DNA of 55,315 bases from a virus (taxonomy: Duplodnaviria > Caudoviricetes). Both the position numbers and the translations under genes were made by a program. Every line of letters starts with the position of its first letter. Position 1 is the first letter of the stretch. Location: the IMG/VR virus record IMGVR_UViG_3300020171_000034, positions 1 to 55,315 of that record, one strand, 5' to 3'. Under the pieces are notes generated by a model. The model searched no databases and was not told where the DNA came from. It saw nothing but the letters and a program-made list of their open reading frames with translations. Below are positions 9,489 through 18,930 of the stretch, in pieces.

Positions 9489-12400
9489 ATGGGAACTTTT
9501 GAAGAGCTTGATGAGTTGCTGGGGAAAGCACCTGTCTTACAACACGTTTCTGGTGAAAAGGATAGACTTGATGATGTGATGCAAGGGTTGATGCAAGCAA
9601 GCCAAAGCGGATTTTTTGGTAAAGCCACCAAACAACTTTATTCTATCCCTATTGGTTTTGCTGCAACCATCAATGATATTCTTGGGTATAATGAAGGAAG
9701 AGATTTTTGGCTGAACAAATACAAAACAATAAATCAAATTCCCGACAAAGGAATATCTTTAGCAGAGTTTAAAGCTTTGCCTGATGTGGAAAAGGACAGA
9801 TTTTTTAGTGCCATAGAAGATGTGCGTAGAACCGCAAGTGCAAAACCTCCTCGTGATGAACAATGGGGGGAAGAGTTAATAAAATGGAAAAAAGGTCTTT
9901 TGCGTCCTGAAATTGGTGATTCTGACATTACTGCAATTCTTAAAAAAGGATTAAAAAAACCTGTAGATGTAATTGATGAATTTATATCTGGTTTTGCAGG
10001 CACAACCATTGGTGCTTTGGCTGGGACAGTAAGTCGTTTTACTGAAGGAAAATATGGAAAAGAACTTGCAAACAAAGTTGAGAACTTTCAATCCTTAATG
10101 TCTTCTGATGACCCAGACTTTTTTACAAAATTATCTAATGCTTTGGGTTCAGTGTATGGTTTTTATGTGCCTGGTTTAGCAATCGCCAGGACAGCATCAG
10201 CATTTAAAGCTATTTCTCCAACCACCGCAAACTGGCTGGGTGCTGGAGGTGCAGCAATAATGGAAGCAGGGGCTGAAGGAGGGTTTGTTTTTAATGATGT
10301 TCTTGATAAAACAGGAGATGTGGAGAAAGCAAAAAAAGCGGCAGATGAAACTTTCATGACCAATGTTGGTGTAATCGCAATTACGAACAAACTTGGGTTG
10401 TTTGGTGATACAAAGAGTGTTACAAAAAAACTACTCAGTTCTTTTGTGTCTGAGGGTTTTCAAGAAGCTACACAGGACATAATTCCTGCTGTTGCAAAAC
10501 GAGAACCCCTTGATGTAGAAAGTATCAAAGAGTCTGCTTTTTATGGTGGTCTTGCTGGAGGACTTGTTGGAGGAATTTCACAACGCATTGAAAACAAATC
10601 TCAGTTAATTGTTGAAAACAGGGCTCGGTTTTCAGAAGCAGAATCTATTGCATTTAGAAAATCTTTAGCAGAAATTGTTGCCAAGATAAAACCAGAAAAC
10701 GATACACAAAAACTTGTGATTGGGCTTGCTTCGGATGCTTTGGAACAAGGGAATGTTGCAGAAGCATCTAAACTTATAAACCAAATTGTTTCAAAACTCC
10801 CAGATGAACAAAAACAAGAACTTGCAGAAGATGCCACTTATACAGAACATCTTGTGGAAGAAATGCAGAAGGTTGAAGCTGAGATAGTTGAAGAACAAGA
10901 AGGTCTGAAGATGAAGGAAGAGGAAGAGGTTTATCAGAAACCTCTCTGGCTTGTGGAAGAAATGCAGAGGCAGAAGGAGATAAGGGAAGCTGGCGTTGCT
11001 GAGCCTGCCGAGCCAGAGGCATTGCCAGAGGGGAAGCCTGCCCCGCCAGCCTTGTTGCCAGCAGATCAGACAGATTTATGGTTTAGGGAAGGGTTAACTG
11101 AAGAAGGTTGGACATTGAAAAAAGCACTGGATAAAAGGATATTAGCAAATCTTGAAGCCAACAAGCCTATGTATGCTGGATTCACTAAAGAAGAACATGC
11201 ATTTGATTCCACAGCAAGCAGATTGTTAGCAAAACAGGGAAAAGTGCAGGACAGGATAATTGCTAATATATCTGGGAATAGACCTCTATTCTTTAAAGTA
11301 GAAATTGAGGATGTAAGATATGTATTTGATGAAGCAAGAACTAAGGCAAGGATTCAGGCTTTAGCTGTTTTTGAAGGTAAACCCTTTGCTGAGCAAGTTT
11401 CCATTGCTTTGCAAGGAGGTAATATAACAAAAGCAGTTGCAGATGAGCTATTAAAGCCAGCCCCATTGCCAGAGGAGAAGGTAGGGATATCTGAAATAAC
11501 AGCAGCAATGCCCTTTCAGGAAGTGAAAGGTCAGCCTGGGGAAGCCAAGCCTTCTATTGAACAAGTAGAAATAGATTCTGCAACAGATGGAATTGATATG
11601 GCTGCGGAAGCGCTTTTCCGTGGAGAAAAAACAAACGAAAGAGGAGAACGTGTATCTATTTCAAAAAATGATGCTTTAGCAGAAATTCAAAATGCTTTAG
11701 AAAGAAAAGCTGATTTTGTTGATTGGAGTGCTGATTCTCAAGAAAGTGCAAGACAAACAAGAATACTTGAAAAAGTTAATAAAATTTTAAAAACATCCTA
11801 TAAAAATTATAATGAAATTCCTGATAATATTCAAATTTATAGAGGAATGGAAAAAACAAGAAAATTAAGAAATTTTGAGAACTACACTTTAGATAAAAAA
11901 ATTGCACAAAAATTTGCAGGACAAGATGGTATTGTAAAAGAGTTTTCTATTCATAAAGACAATATACAATGGGCAAATAAAGATTATATAGGGTTTTCTG
12001 AAGGAGAAATTTTTGCTTATAAAAAAGATGTTAATAGGTTACCTGAAGAAGAAGCCAAGCCTACTGTCCCACAAATTCCTGCTGACATTATAAAACAAGC
12101 ACAAGAACTCCTTATTCCAATTAAAGATAAAACTCCAGAGGGACTTATAAAAGAAATCATTGCTAAAAGAGCTGAAGTGGAGAAAGCTGAACCAGGGATT
12201 CCAGACAAAGGAGCACTTCTTTCCAAGTTAAGACCTCTTATTGATAAAATCTTCACAGATAAAAAAGGACATATCGAAAGTGAAAGAGAGAGCCACTTTG
12301 CAAGACTATCCAGATACAGCCCTGAAATGCTTTCCACGACAATCAGGAATATGCAAGAGCATTATAGGGATGAGGTGAAAGAGATAAGAGAGGAAGAGAA

Positions 12401-15400
12401 ACAGGCTTTACTTCAGGCAAAAATGGAAGAGAAGGCTGAAGAAGCCGAAGAAGGTGAGGAGTTTCAATCTCCTGACCGAGACCTGTCAAAGCTGGGGGAA
12501 GATAAGTTAAAGGGTGCTCTTCCCAAGTCTGCATCTCAACAAATAGAGTCAAATCCTGGTATGAGTAAGGAGGGGTGGACAGGTTATATTGAAAGGAATT
12601 TCCCAAACATTGCAAAAAGCCATATTGAAAAGATGTGGGATGATGCACATGGGAAGTATGAACAAGAGACTGGAATTTATGAGAAAGCAACCCTTGAACA
12701 CCACCTACAAAACACTCTTGACCAGTTTGGGAAAGAACTTCATGAGTCTACAGAAGGAGACCTCAATATTGCTCTGAAGAAGATTGCTGAAGTAGACGTT
12801 CCCATTGACCCAGATGTTGCAGTTAAGAGCAAAGACTACGATGATTATGTAGAGCGAATGAAGCATGAAAAACCTGGGGACTACGCAAAAAAGATAAGAG
12901 ATACAGTTAAAACTGGAAAAGATTTGCTTCCTCATTTGAAAGACAGTCCTGATGAAGCTACCAGTGAATATGGTAGAGCATTGTTTAACTCTTCTGATAT
13001 AAGTGCGTGGCTTGAAAGTGTCAATGTAAAAGTCAATCTTTTTGCAGCCCTAAAGAAAAGGTCTCTGTATTACACAGATAAAAGTGGTGTAAAATGGATT
13101 GAACTAAATCTTCCACAAATCTTACAAAAGCACACAATAGTGAAAGAGATACATCATGAAATTAACCATGCCTTGTTGGTTGAAAAGATGAAAGACCCCA
13201 AAGTGAGAAAAGCTTTCATCCCAATCTTTGACCAATATCTTGCAACCTTCTCACCTGAAGAAGTGAAAACAATAGAGTGGATGAGAGAACATGATGGAAG
13301 TGTTCACCCAACCATGAAAGACCAGTCTGGATTAAATGACCTTTTTTATTCTGCACAGAGTTTGGATGAACTTGCTGCTATGGTATCAGAAAGTGAGGCT
13401 CTTCGGAACTATCTAAGTGGAGTAAAGTATGTTCCTTCAGTGGGGGAAAAGCCTGGTGTGGTGATGTCACTTCTTACAAAGTTCTGGAACATAGTAAAAG
13501 CAAAAGTGTATGGAAATGCCCCAGGGATTGATGCTTCATTACTTGAGGTTTTACTATCAAGAACAGCAGAAGTTATGGAAATGCCAGCACCGTCAGAAGT
13601 CAAGCCTGGGAAGGTTGAAGCGAAAGCCCCACCACGAGTTGAGGATATGCTTGATGTGGTGTCAGAAATGACTGGGGAAGCAAGGTTTAGTGGTAAGAAT
13701 CTGTTAAAAGACACTCAACCGCCTGTTTGGGATAAGCACTTATCAACTGTTACAGAAGCCATGTATGCAATTTCAAGGTCTGCACACAGGGCATCATTTC
13801 ATGCAGCAAACATGATAAACAAGTTTATACGAAAAGAAGGTATTTCTGATGCAGTCACAAAGGTTGTGGTTGATAGTGATGCTGCTGGTGTTTTAACTGG
13901 ATATGAGAATCTTTCTCCTTCGGATAAAGTTAAACATGATGCGATAAGAAGCACATTTGACTTTGTAATCAGAGATTATATGAAAAGACTTTATGTTGAT
14001 GATGCTATGTATAGACTTGGAAAGCAGGAAGGGCGTGTGGTAACATCTGAAGAAAAGAGCAGGATTGTTAAAGAAGCTGATGATTTTATCAACAAACATT
14101 ACACAGAGAACTACTATCCACGATTTAGGTTTGGTAATCAGGCTTTAGTCATAAGAGATGAGAAGGGAAAAACCATATCGTTTAGTTCTCACGACAGTGC
14201 CAGAGAACTGAATAGGGTCTTAACTAATTTTGAGCAGACAATGAAGGGATTGCAGAAGTATGATGAGACTGGTAATCAAACCACTCCAACATTTCAACAC
14301 TTTGATGTAAGACAAAAGTTCACAGATTTTTCAGCTATAATGTTTGCGGTAAGTAATGCTCGTGTTCTTGAAAACATTTTGGCAAAGCATGATGCAACCT
14401 CACAGGATATAAAGAAACTTATGAGTCTTGTCGGCACAGAGTATTTGAAGAAATGGGCTGGAGGGAGATTTGCACATAGGCAGGAAACTGTAACCCCAGG
14501 ATATGACACAGATATTGCTAAGTCTATTCATCGTTATATAGAATCAATGCCAAAAGCTATGGCAAAGCACTTCATGGCTGCAAGGGTTGCGGATGCGGTT
14601 GCAGAGCTTCCTTTTGAGTTACAGGAAAGGGGTCAGGATATTGTTGATTTTTATAATGGGAAGAAGTGGAGAGAAGGAAGGGTTAACATTGCAATAAGAA
14701 CAGCGTTGTTTGCTTATTACATGATGCTTAAGCCTGTAACAGGTTTAATAAATGCGACCCAGCGATTTATTACAACCGTTCCACGTGCCTTCAAGGATTA
14801 TGGAATGGAGGGAATCCAGGCTGCTCACAGGGCACAAATGAAAGAGATAAACTTTTATAAACTCCAGCTTAAACAATCAAACTTTAACATCTTCAAACCA
14901 AAACCTTCATTTGAAGTTCTTGATGATTTTAATGAGATTAGTTATGGAGACAAACTTATTTTAAAGAATCTTATTGCAGAAGGGGTTATATCTCCTGTGC
15001 GAACGCACGAAATTGTGGAAGAATCAAAGATTGGGAAGATTGTAGGATTCTTTATGGCACTCACAGAAAATTCTAACAGGTTGATGTCTGCATTCACAGC
15101 GTTGGACATAGGACACATGAAAGGGTTGAAGGGACAGGAGTTGGAAACCTATGTAAGAGAGTTTACAAATGGAACTCAATGGATATACGATAAAGCCAAC
15201 AGAGCACCACTGACACGAGGGAAACTTGCTCCGGTTATGCTTTTTAAAAGTTTTGTGCTGAATGATATGAACTTTGTGAAGGACTTATACCCAAACAAGA
15301 AAGCTTTTGGGATGGCTGTTGCAGCAAGACTCTCTCTTGGTGGGGTTGGTGGAATATATGGAGCAGGAGCATTTATGGCTGTTTTAGATTTTGTGATGAA

Positions 15401-16034
15401 ATCCATTCTTGGTGATGATGATTGGGAGCTTGATAAAAAAGAATTTAAAGATAAGTTCCCAAGAGTGATTATACATGGACTTCCATCTCTCATTGGCATT
15501 TCAGGTTCATCTATGTTTGGTTCTTCAGAACTCTTTGGAACAGCAATGACACCTCCATTCACAGCATGGTGGAGGGTTGGGAAGGAGTTTGGCACAACAA
15601 CAGGAGTTCAACCAGAAACATGGAGAAAAGTCCTTCCTTCTCAGGCAAAGCATTTCTGGCGACTGAACCTCAAGGATAGGTTTCAGGATGAAGACATCAA
15701 GCAACTTCCTGTGGAGATTAGGAAAAGAGTGCTGTTCTTGTGGAAAGACACACCAAAAGAGCAGCAAACGTGGGAGAAGGTTATTGATATAATTGGTTTT
15801 GCTACGGAGACCCCAGCACAGTTTTATGAGGCAGTGCATGCAATAAAGGAAACAGGAAGAATTGTGAGGGCAAGAAAAACCCGACTTGCGAGGAAACTTG
15901 CAGATGCATTATATGAGAAAGATAAGGAGAAGGCTGCAGAGATAAGGAAAGAGATGAAGGAGAAAGGATACATCATCTCCCCTACCTCAGTAACAAGGTT
16001 CAGGAGAAGGAGGAGGTATGCAGAAGAGGAATGA
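9489..16034 (+). CDS. Large polyvalent-type ejection protein with ART-like and zincin-like domains
   Basis: 2181 aa; Gly/Ala hydrophobic N-terminal segments; IYRG..ENYT..AQKFA..SEGE; HEINH then SLDELAA. Confidence 0.7.
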   Translation: MGTFEELDELLGKAPVLQHVSGEKDRLDDVMQGLMQASQSGFFGKATKQLYSIPIGFAATINDILGYNEGRDFWLNKYKTINQIPDKGISLAEFKALPDVEKDRFFSAIEDVRRTASAKPPRDEQWGEELIKWKKGLLRPEIGDSDITAILKKGLKKPVDVIDEFISGFAGTTIGALAGTVSRFTEGKYGKELANKVENFQSLMSSDDPDFFTKLSNALGSVYGFYVPGLAIARTASAFKAISPTTANWLGAGGAAIMEAGAEGGFVFNDVLDKTGDVEKAKKAADETFMTNVGVIAITNKLGLFGDTKSVTKKLLSSFVSEGFQEATQDIIPAVAKREPLDVESIKESAFYGGLAGGLVGGISQRIENKSQLIVENRARFSEAESIAFRKSLAEIVAKIKPENDTQKLVIGLASDALEQGNVAEASKLINQIVSKLPDEQKQELAEDATYTEHLVEEMQKVEAEIVEEQEGLKMKEEEEVYQKPLWLVEEMQRQKEIREAGVAEPAEPEALPEGKPAPPALLPADQTDLWFREGLTEEGWTLKKALDKRILANLEANKPMYAGFTKEEHAFDSTASRLLAKQGKVQDRIIANISGNRPLFFKVEIEDVRYVFDEARTKARIQALAVFEGKPFAEQVSIALQGGNITKAVADELLKPAPLPEEKVGISEITAAMPFQEVKGQPGEAKPSIEQVEIDSATDGIDMAAEALFRGEKTNERGERVSISKNDALAEIQNALERKADFVDWSADSQESARQTRILEKVNKILKTSYKNYNEIPDNIQIYRGMEKTRKLRNFENYTLDKKIAQKFAGQDGIVKEFSIHKDNIQWANKDYIGFSEGEIFAYKKDVNRLPEEEAKPTVPQIPADIIKQAQELLIPIKDKTPEGLIKEIIAKRAEVEKAEPGIPDKGALLSKLRPLIDKIFTDKKGHIESERESHFARLSRYSPEMLSTTIRNMQEHYRDEVKEIREEEKQALLQAKMEEKAEEAEEGEEFQSPDRDLSKLGEDKLKGALPKSASQQIESNPGMSKEGWTGYIERNFPNIAKSHIEKMWDDAHGKYEQETGIYEKATLEHHLQNTLDQFGKELHESTEGDLNIALKKIAEVDVPIDPDVAVKSKDYDDYVERMKHEKPGDYAKKIRDTVKTGKDLLPHLKDSPDEATSEYGRALFNSSDISAWLESVNVKVNLFAALKKRSLYYTDKSGVKWIELNLPQILQKHTIVKEIHHEINHALLVEKMKDPKVRKAFIPIFDQYLATFSPEEVKTIEWMREHDGSVHPTMKDQSGLNDLFYSAQSLDELAAMVSESEALRNYLSGVKYVPSVGEKPGVVMSLLTKFWNIVKAKVYGNAPGIDASLLEVLLSRTAEVMEMPAPSEVKPGKVEAKAPPRVEDMLDVVSEMTGEARFSGKNLLKDTQPPVWDKHLSTVTEAMYAISRSAHRASFHAANMINKFIRKEGISDAVTKVVVDSDAAGVLTGYENLSPSDKVKHDAIRSTFDFVIRDYMKRLYVDDAMYRLGKQEGRVVTSEEKSRIVKEADDFINKHYTENYYPRFRFGNQALVIRDEKGKTISFSSHDSARELNRVLTNFEQTMKGLQKYDETGNQTTPTFQHFDVRQKFTDFSAIMFAVSNARVLENILAKHDATSQDIKKLMSLVGTEYLKKWAGGRFAHRQETVTPGYDTDIAKSIHRYIESMPKAMAKHFMAARVADAVAELPFELQERGQDIVDFYNGKKWREGRVNIAIRTALFAYYMMLKPVTGLINATQRFITTVPRAFKDYGMEGIQAAHRAQMKEINFYKLQLKQSNFNIFKPKPSFEVLDDFNEISYGDKLILKNLIAEGVISPVRTHEIVEESKIGKIVGFFMALTENSNRLMSAFTALDIGHMKGLKGQELETYVREFTNGTQWIYDKANRAPLTRGKLAPVMLFKSFVLNDMNFVKDLYPNKKAFGMAVAARLSLGGVGGIYGAGAFMAVLDFVMKSILGDDDWELDKKEFKDKFPRVIIHGLPSLIGISGSSMFGSSELFGTAMTPPFTAWWRVGKEFGTTTGVQPETWRKVLPSQAKHFWRLNLKDRFQDEDIKQLPVEIRKRVLFLWKDTPKEQQTWEKVIDIIGFATETPAQFYEAVHAIKETGRIVRARKTRLARKLADALYEKDKEKAAEIRKEMKEKGYIISPTSVTRFRRRRRYAEEE

Positions 16035-16250
16035 TTATTTTCTCTCCTTCCACTTTAGAATTCCCCACAGGGCAAGTCCTGTGTAAATCACAAACAACAC
16101 CCCTTGTGCATAAAGTCCTACACTAAAATCAACAACAGCCCATGATGCGTTGGTGAAAGTCCAGATGTAGAAGCATTTTCGGTTATGGTGGATGTTGAGA
16201 ACCACACCATAAAGGCTTAATATTGTGAGAAGCCATGTTAAGGTTTGCAT
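16035..16250 (-). CDS. Small 3-TM PnuC-like membrane protein
   Basis: Three hydrophobic helices with CFYIWTFTNASW and GLYAQ motifs. Confidence 0.55.
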   Translation of the reverse strand: MQTLTWLLTILSLYGVVLNIHHNRKCFYIWTFTNASWAVVDFSVGLYAQGVLFVIYTGLALWGILKWKERK

Positions 16251-16251
16251 T

Positions 16252-18411
16252 TTATTCCTTTTTTCCTCCTACAATTTTATAAAACCATATTCCTTTATCC
16301 TGATACTGCTCAATATGTTTCATATCAATTAAAGTTTTAAGCACAATGTCAATATCCTTCGGACTGATTTCCCTCCACACAGCCTTTAAAAGCTGCTCTC
16401 TACTCACCACCTTAAGGTCAGAGATACATTGCAACATAAAGTCAATGTCAGGTGCATGAACACTTCTTCCTGCTGAGCCAAAGGCATTAACCATTTTTTC
16501 TTCAAGCTGTTCTATAATGTAAAGAGCACTTTTAAGTTGGAGTTCTGTTATAATCTTATCATCACCAAAGCTTGCTGAGATGAGCATTGCAGCCTTCAAA
16601 AGATGGATGTGTTTCCTTTCATAATATCCTTCAAATCGCATATCTGAGGAAGTTTTGCGTGCACCTTTTTCATACCAATTTACATACCACCGTTCTCCTT
16701 CGTCTGACAGTGACATTTCTCCCTTTAACATTGAGATTCTTTCAAGGTCAGTGGTCAAATCAGCTTGGAGGTTCTTTTCATGTTTAGACAATCGTGGGAT
16801 TGCTTTACGATGTCTTGGTTCACTTTCAACAACAAAAATGATTCTGGAAGTAAACCCACCACCAATGGCGTTCATTGGCACACTTCCAACAAGCCACGCT
16901 GGGGTTGTTCCTCCAAGCAGGTTAAGCCATTCACCGTAGATAATGTCAGTGCCTTGGTTCTTTGTGCGGTATGTCCACTTTGGGTGGCAGTTTCCTGTTA
17001 TGGAAACTTTCCCTTTTCTTCGGATAACCATAGTCCTGTTGTCTGTGTTTATACACCAAACCTGTGCTTTTCCCTCTACAAATTGTCCTCTTACCTTTTT
17101 TGCGCCACCACCAAAACAGCTAAACTTTTTATGATTAAATGACATCATAATAGCATGTCTGCTTTTGTCTTTGTATGGTGTTGCATACGATGCCCAACCA
17201 TTCTTGACTGCAAGTGCTTGAAGTTCATCTACAAATTGCATGTTGTTCATTCCTACAGTTAGATTTTTGTTTGTTGGGGATATATGGTGTCCGTCTCCAT
17301 CAATAACAGCATTTAAAAAAATCCCGAATTGTCTTTGATTCATATCCTTTAACCACGAAGGAACATGCTTTACACCAAAAAGGCTTACATAAGGTTGAGA
17401 TTTTCCAATGTAAATTTGATACATATCTTCGGATGCAGTGACTATTTTGTCTTTTATAAGCTTTTTAGTTCCTGCTTTGTAGTTCAAACACATTGAGTAT
17501 TTAATCCCAAGCGAGTCAAGAAGTCTTGTTATTTTGTGCAACTTTGATTTTCGTTGATTTATTCCAATATTAGAATCACCAATGAAACCATCTGTGATAA
17601 CCCATCCTGCAAGTGCAATAATCTCATCAGCTATTCCTACACCCTCTGAAGGAAGAATTCCACTTAGTGGAATATGCCGTTCTGTTCCTATTCCTACAAG
17701 CTTTTCAGCATCTTTTAGAATATAGTCTTTAGACAAGCACCCACCACTTCTGGACTTATAAAGAACCTGGTGGGAAGGGGACATTAGTTGATTAACCGCA
17801 CGAGTTTGAAATAAAACCATTCTTTCAGCTTCTTTCTTGACAATAAAGTTGATTGGCATATACTCTAACACATCTGTCTGGATGTTTAAGGTCAATGCAA
17901 GGTCATCTTTATCTATTGTGTCTATAGACCTCCAACCATTGTTTGTAAGAATTTCTGTGTCGGTGGACACACAGTCATACAATGTAGTCAGGAGACTTAA
18001 AAGGTCAGTGTTATTTGTCCCAAGAAACACAGAAAGTTCTGGACTGATGATTGTAAGAGATGAATGGACATAGGGCTCTTTGTTGTCAAGTTCAATGGTT
18101 GTGGCAGAGTTAGCAATAGCTTTAATAAGAGCTTCACGGGTTGTTGCATCAGCACTAAACTTCACATCTTCAAGGTTGAATGCAAGGTTTGTGGCGATGT
18201 TCATGGCTGAGTTCTTTCTGCAACCAGGTGGACCAACAAGCACAACATACATGTTTGGATATACAGCAAAATGTCCCATGTTAACCCACACCTGCCTGCG
18301 AAGACAAGCAGCGATGACACTAAGCCCACACCAGAGGTGGTAAGAGTCAGGGGATTCGGCTTTTGCGGTGTATTCCCGATACGTATCTAACCAATTTTCA
18401 CACTTTCTCAT
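16252..18411 (-). CDS. DUF3987-like P-loop ATPase (putative helicase), intein-containing
   Basis: YPNMYVVLVGPPGCRKNS Walker A-like, ISPELSVF, GGFTSRIIFV. Confidence 0.7.
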   Translation of the reverse strand: MRKCENWLDTYREYTAKAESPDSYHLWCGLSVIAACLRRQVWVNMGHFAVYPNMYVVLVGPPGCRKNSAMNIATNLAFNLEDVKFSADATTREALIKAIANSATTIELDNKEPYVHSSLTIISPELSVFLGTNNTDLLSLLTTLYDCVSTDTEILTNNGWRSIDTIDKDDLALTLNIQTDVLEYMPINFIVKKEAERMVLFQTRAVNQLMSPSHQVLYKSRSGGCLSKDYILKDAEKLVGIGTERHIPLSGILPSEGVGIADEIIALAGWVITDGFIGDSNIGINQRKSKLHKITRLLDSLGIKYSMCLNYKAGTKKLIKDKIVTASEDMYQIYIGKSQPYVSLFGVKHVPSWLKDMNQRQFGIFLNAVIDGDGHHISPTNKNLTVGMNNMQFVDELQALAVKNGWASYATPYKDKSRHAIMMSFNHKKFSCFGGGAKKVRGQFVEGKAQVWCINTDNRTMVIRRKGKVSITGNCHPKWTYRTKNQGTDIIYGEWLNLLGGTTPAWLVGSVPMNAIGGGFTSRIIFVVESEPRHRKAIPRLSKHEKNLQADLTTDLERISMLKGEMSLSDEGERWYVNWYEKGARKTSSDMRFEGYYERKHIHLLKAAMLISASFGDDKIITELQLKSALYIIEQLEEKMVNAFGSAGRSVHAPDIDFMLQCISDLKVVSREQLLKAVWREISPKDIDIVLKTLIDMKHIEQYQDKGIWFYKIVGGKKE
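16990..17973 (-). mobile_element. Intein with LAGLIDADG homing endonuclease (328 aa)
   Basis: Starts CVSTDTEILTNNGW; LAGWVITDG and FLNAVIDGDG; ends VWCI...VSITGN followed by Cys+1. Confidence 0.9.
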
Positions 18412-18746
18412 TTTGCCTCATTGTCTTTTCCTTTTTGAAGCAAAGCTATGAGGTCTTCATAGTTTACACCTTCTATCATTTCAAGAAGGGCATTATCTTC
18501 TTCTTGTGTCTTGTTTGTATTAAGGTTCTGCATTGCAGTGTAGAATCGCCTGTCAGCGTCAACATGGGTAAACCAGCCATGAAGAAAACAATAAAGTTCT
18601 GAAAGACATTTGGAGCAGTTTATTTGAATGATTCTATATGCAGTTTCTGAGGATAATTTTGGTAAATCTCCTTCACGCTCAACAGTTGTTTTTGTGTCAA
18701 GTTCAACAATCACCTGGGTGTTTCCACAAATTTTACATTCAATCAT
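18408..18746 (-). CDS. Hypothetical Zn-binding protein
   Basis: CKIC and CSKC pairs; overlaps helicase start. Confidence 0.55.
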   Translation of the reverse strand: MIECKICGNTQVIVELDTKTTVEREGDLPKLSSETAYRIIQINCSKCLSELYCFLHGWFTHVDADRRFYTAMQNLNTNKTQEEDNALLEMIEGVNYEDLIALLQKGKDNEAK

Positions 18747-18768
18747 TTAAACGCTTTCCTTTCTTTTT

Positions 18769-18930
18769 CTACCACCGAAGTAGATATTTGAGAAATGCTT
18801 CTTTTGGTATTTTCTTCACATCTTTAACCTGCTTATAACCTAAACTTTGAAACTTTCTTTTTTGTTTCTTGTCAATTACTGCATATTCAACACTATCAAC
18901 TACAAAGAAATCTGGGTCACGGTTTTTCAT
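18769..18930 (-). CDS. Small basic hypothetical protein (53 aa)
   Basis: MKNRDPDFFVVD...; ATGA overlap with polymerase stop. Confidence 0.5.
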   Translation of the reverse strand: MKNRDPDFFVVDSVEYAVIDKKQKRKFQSLGYKQVKDVKKIPKEAFLKYLLRW

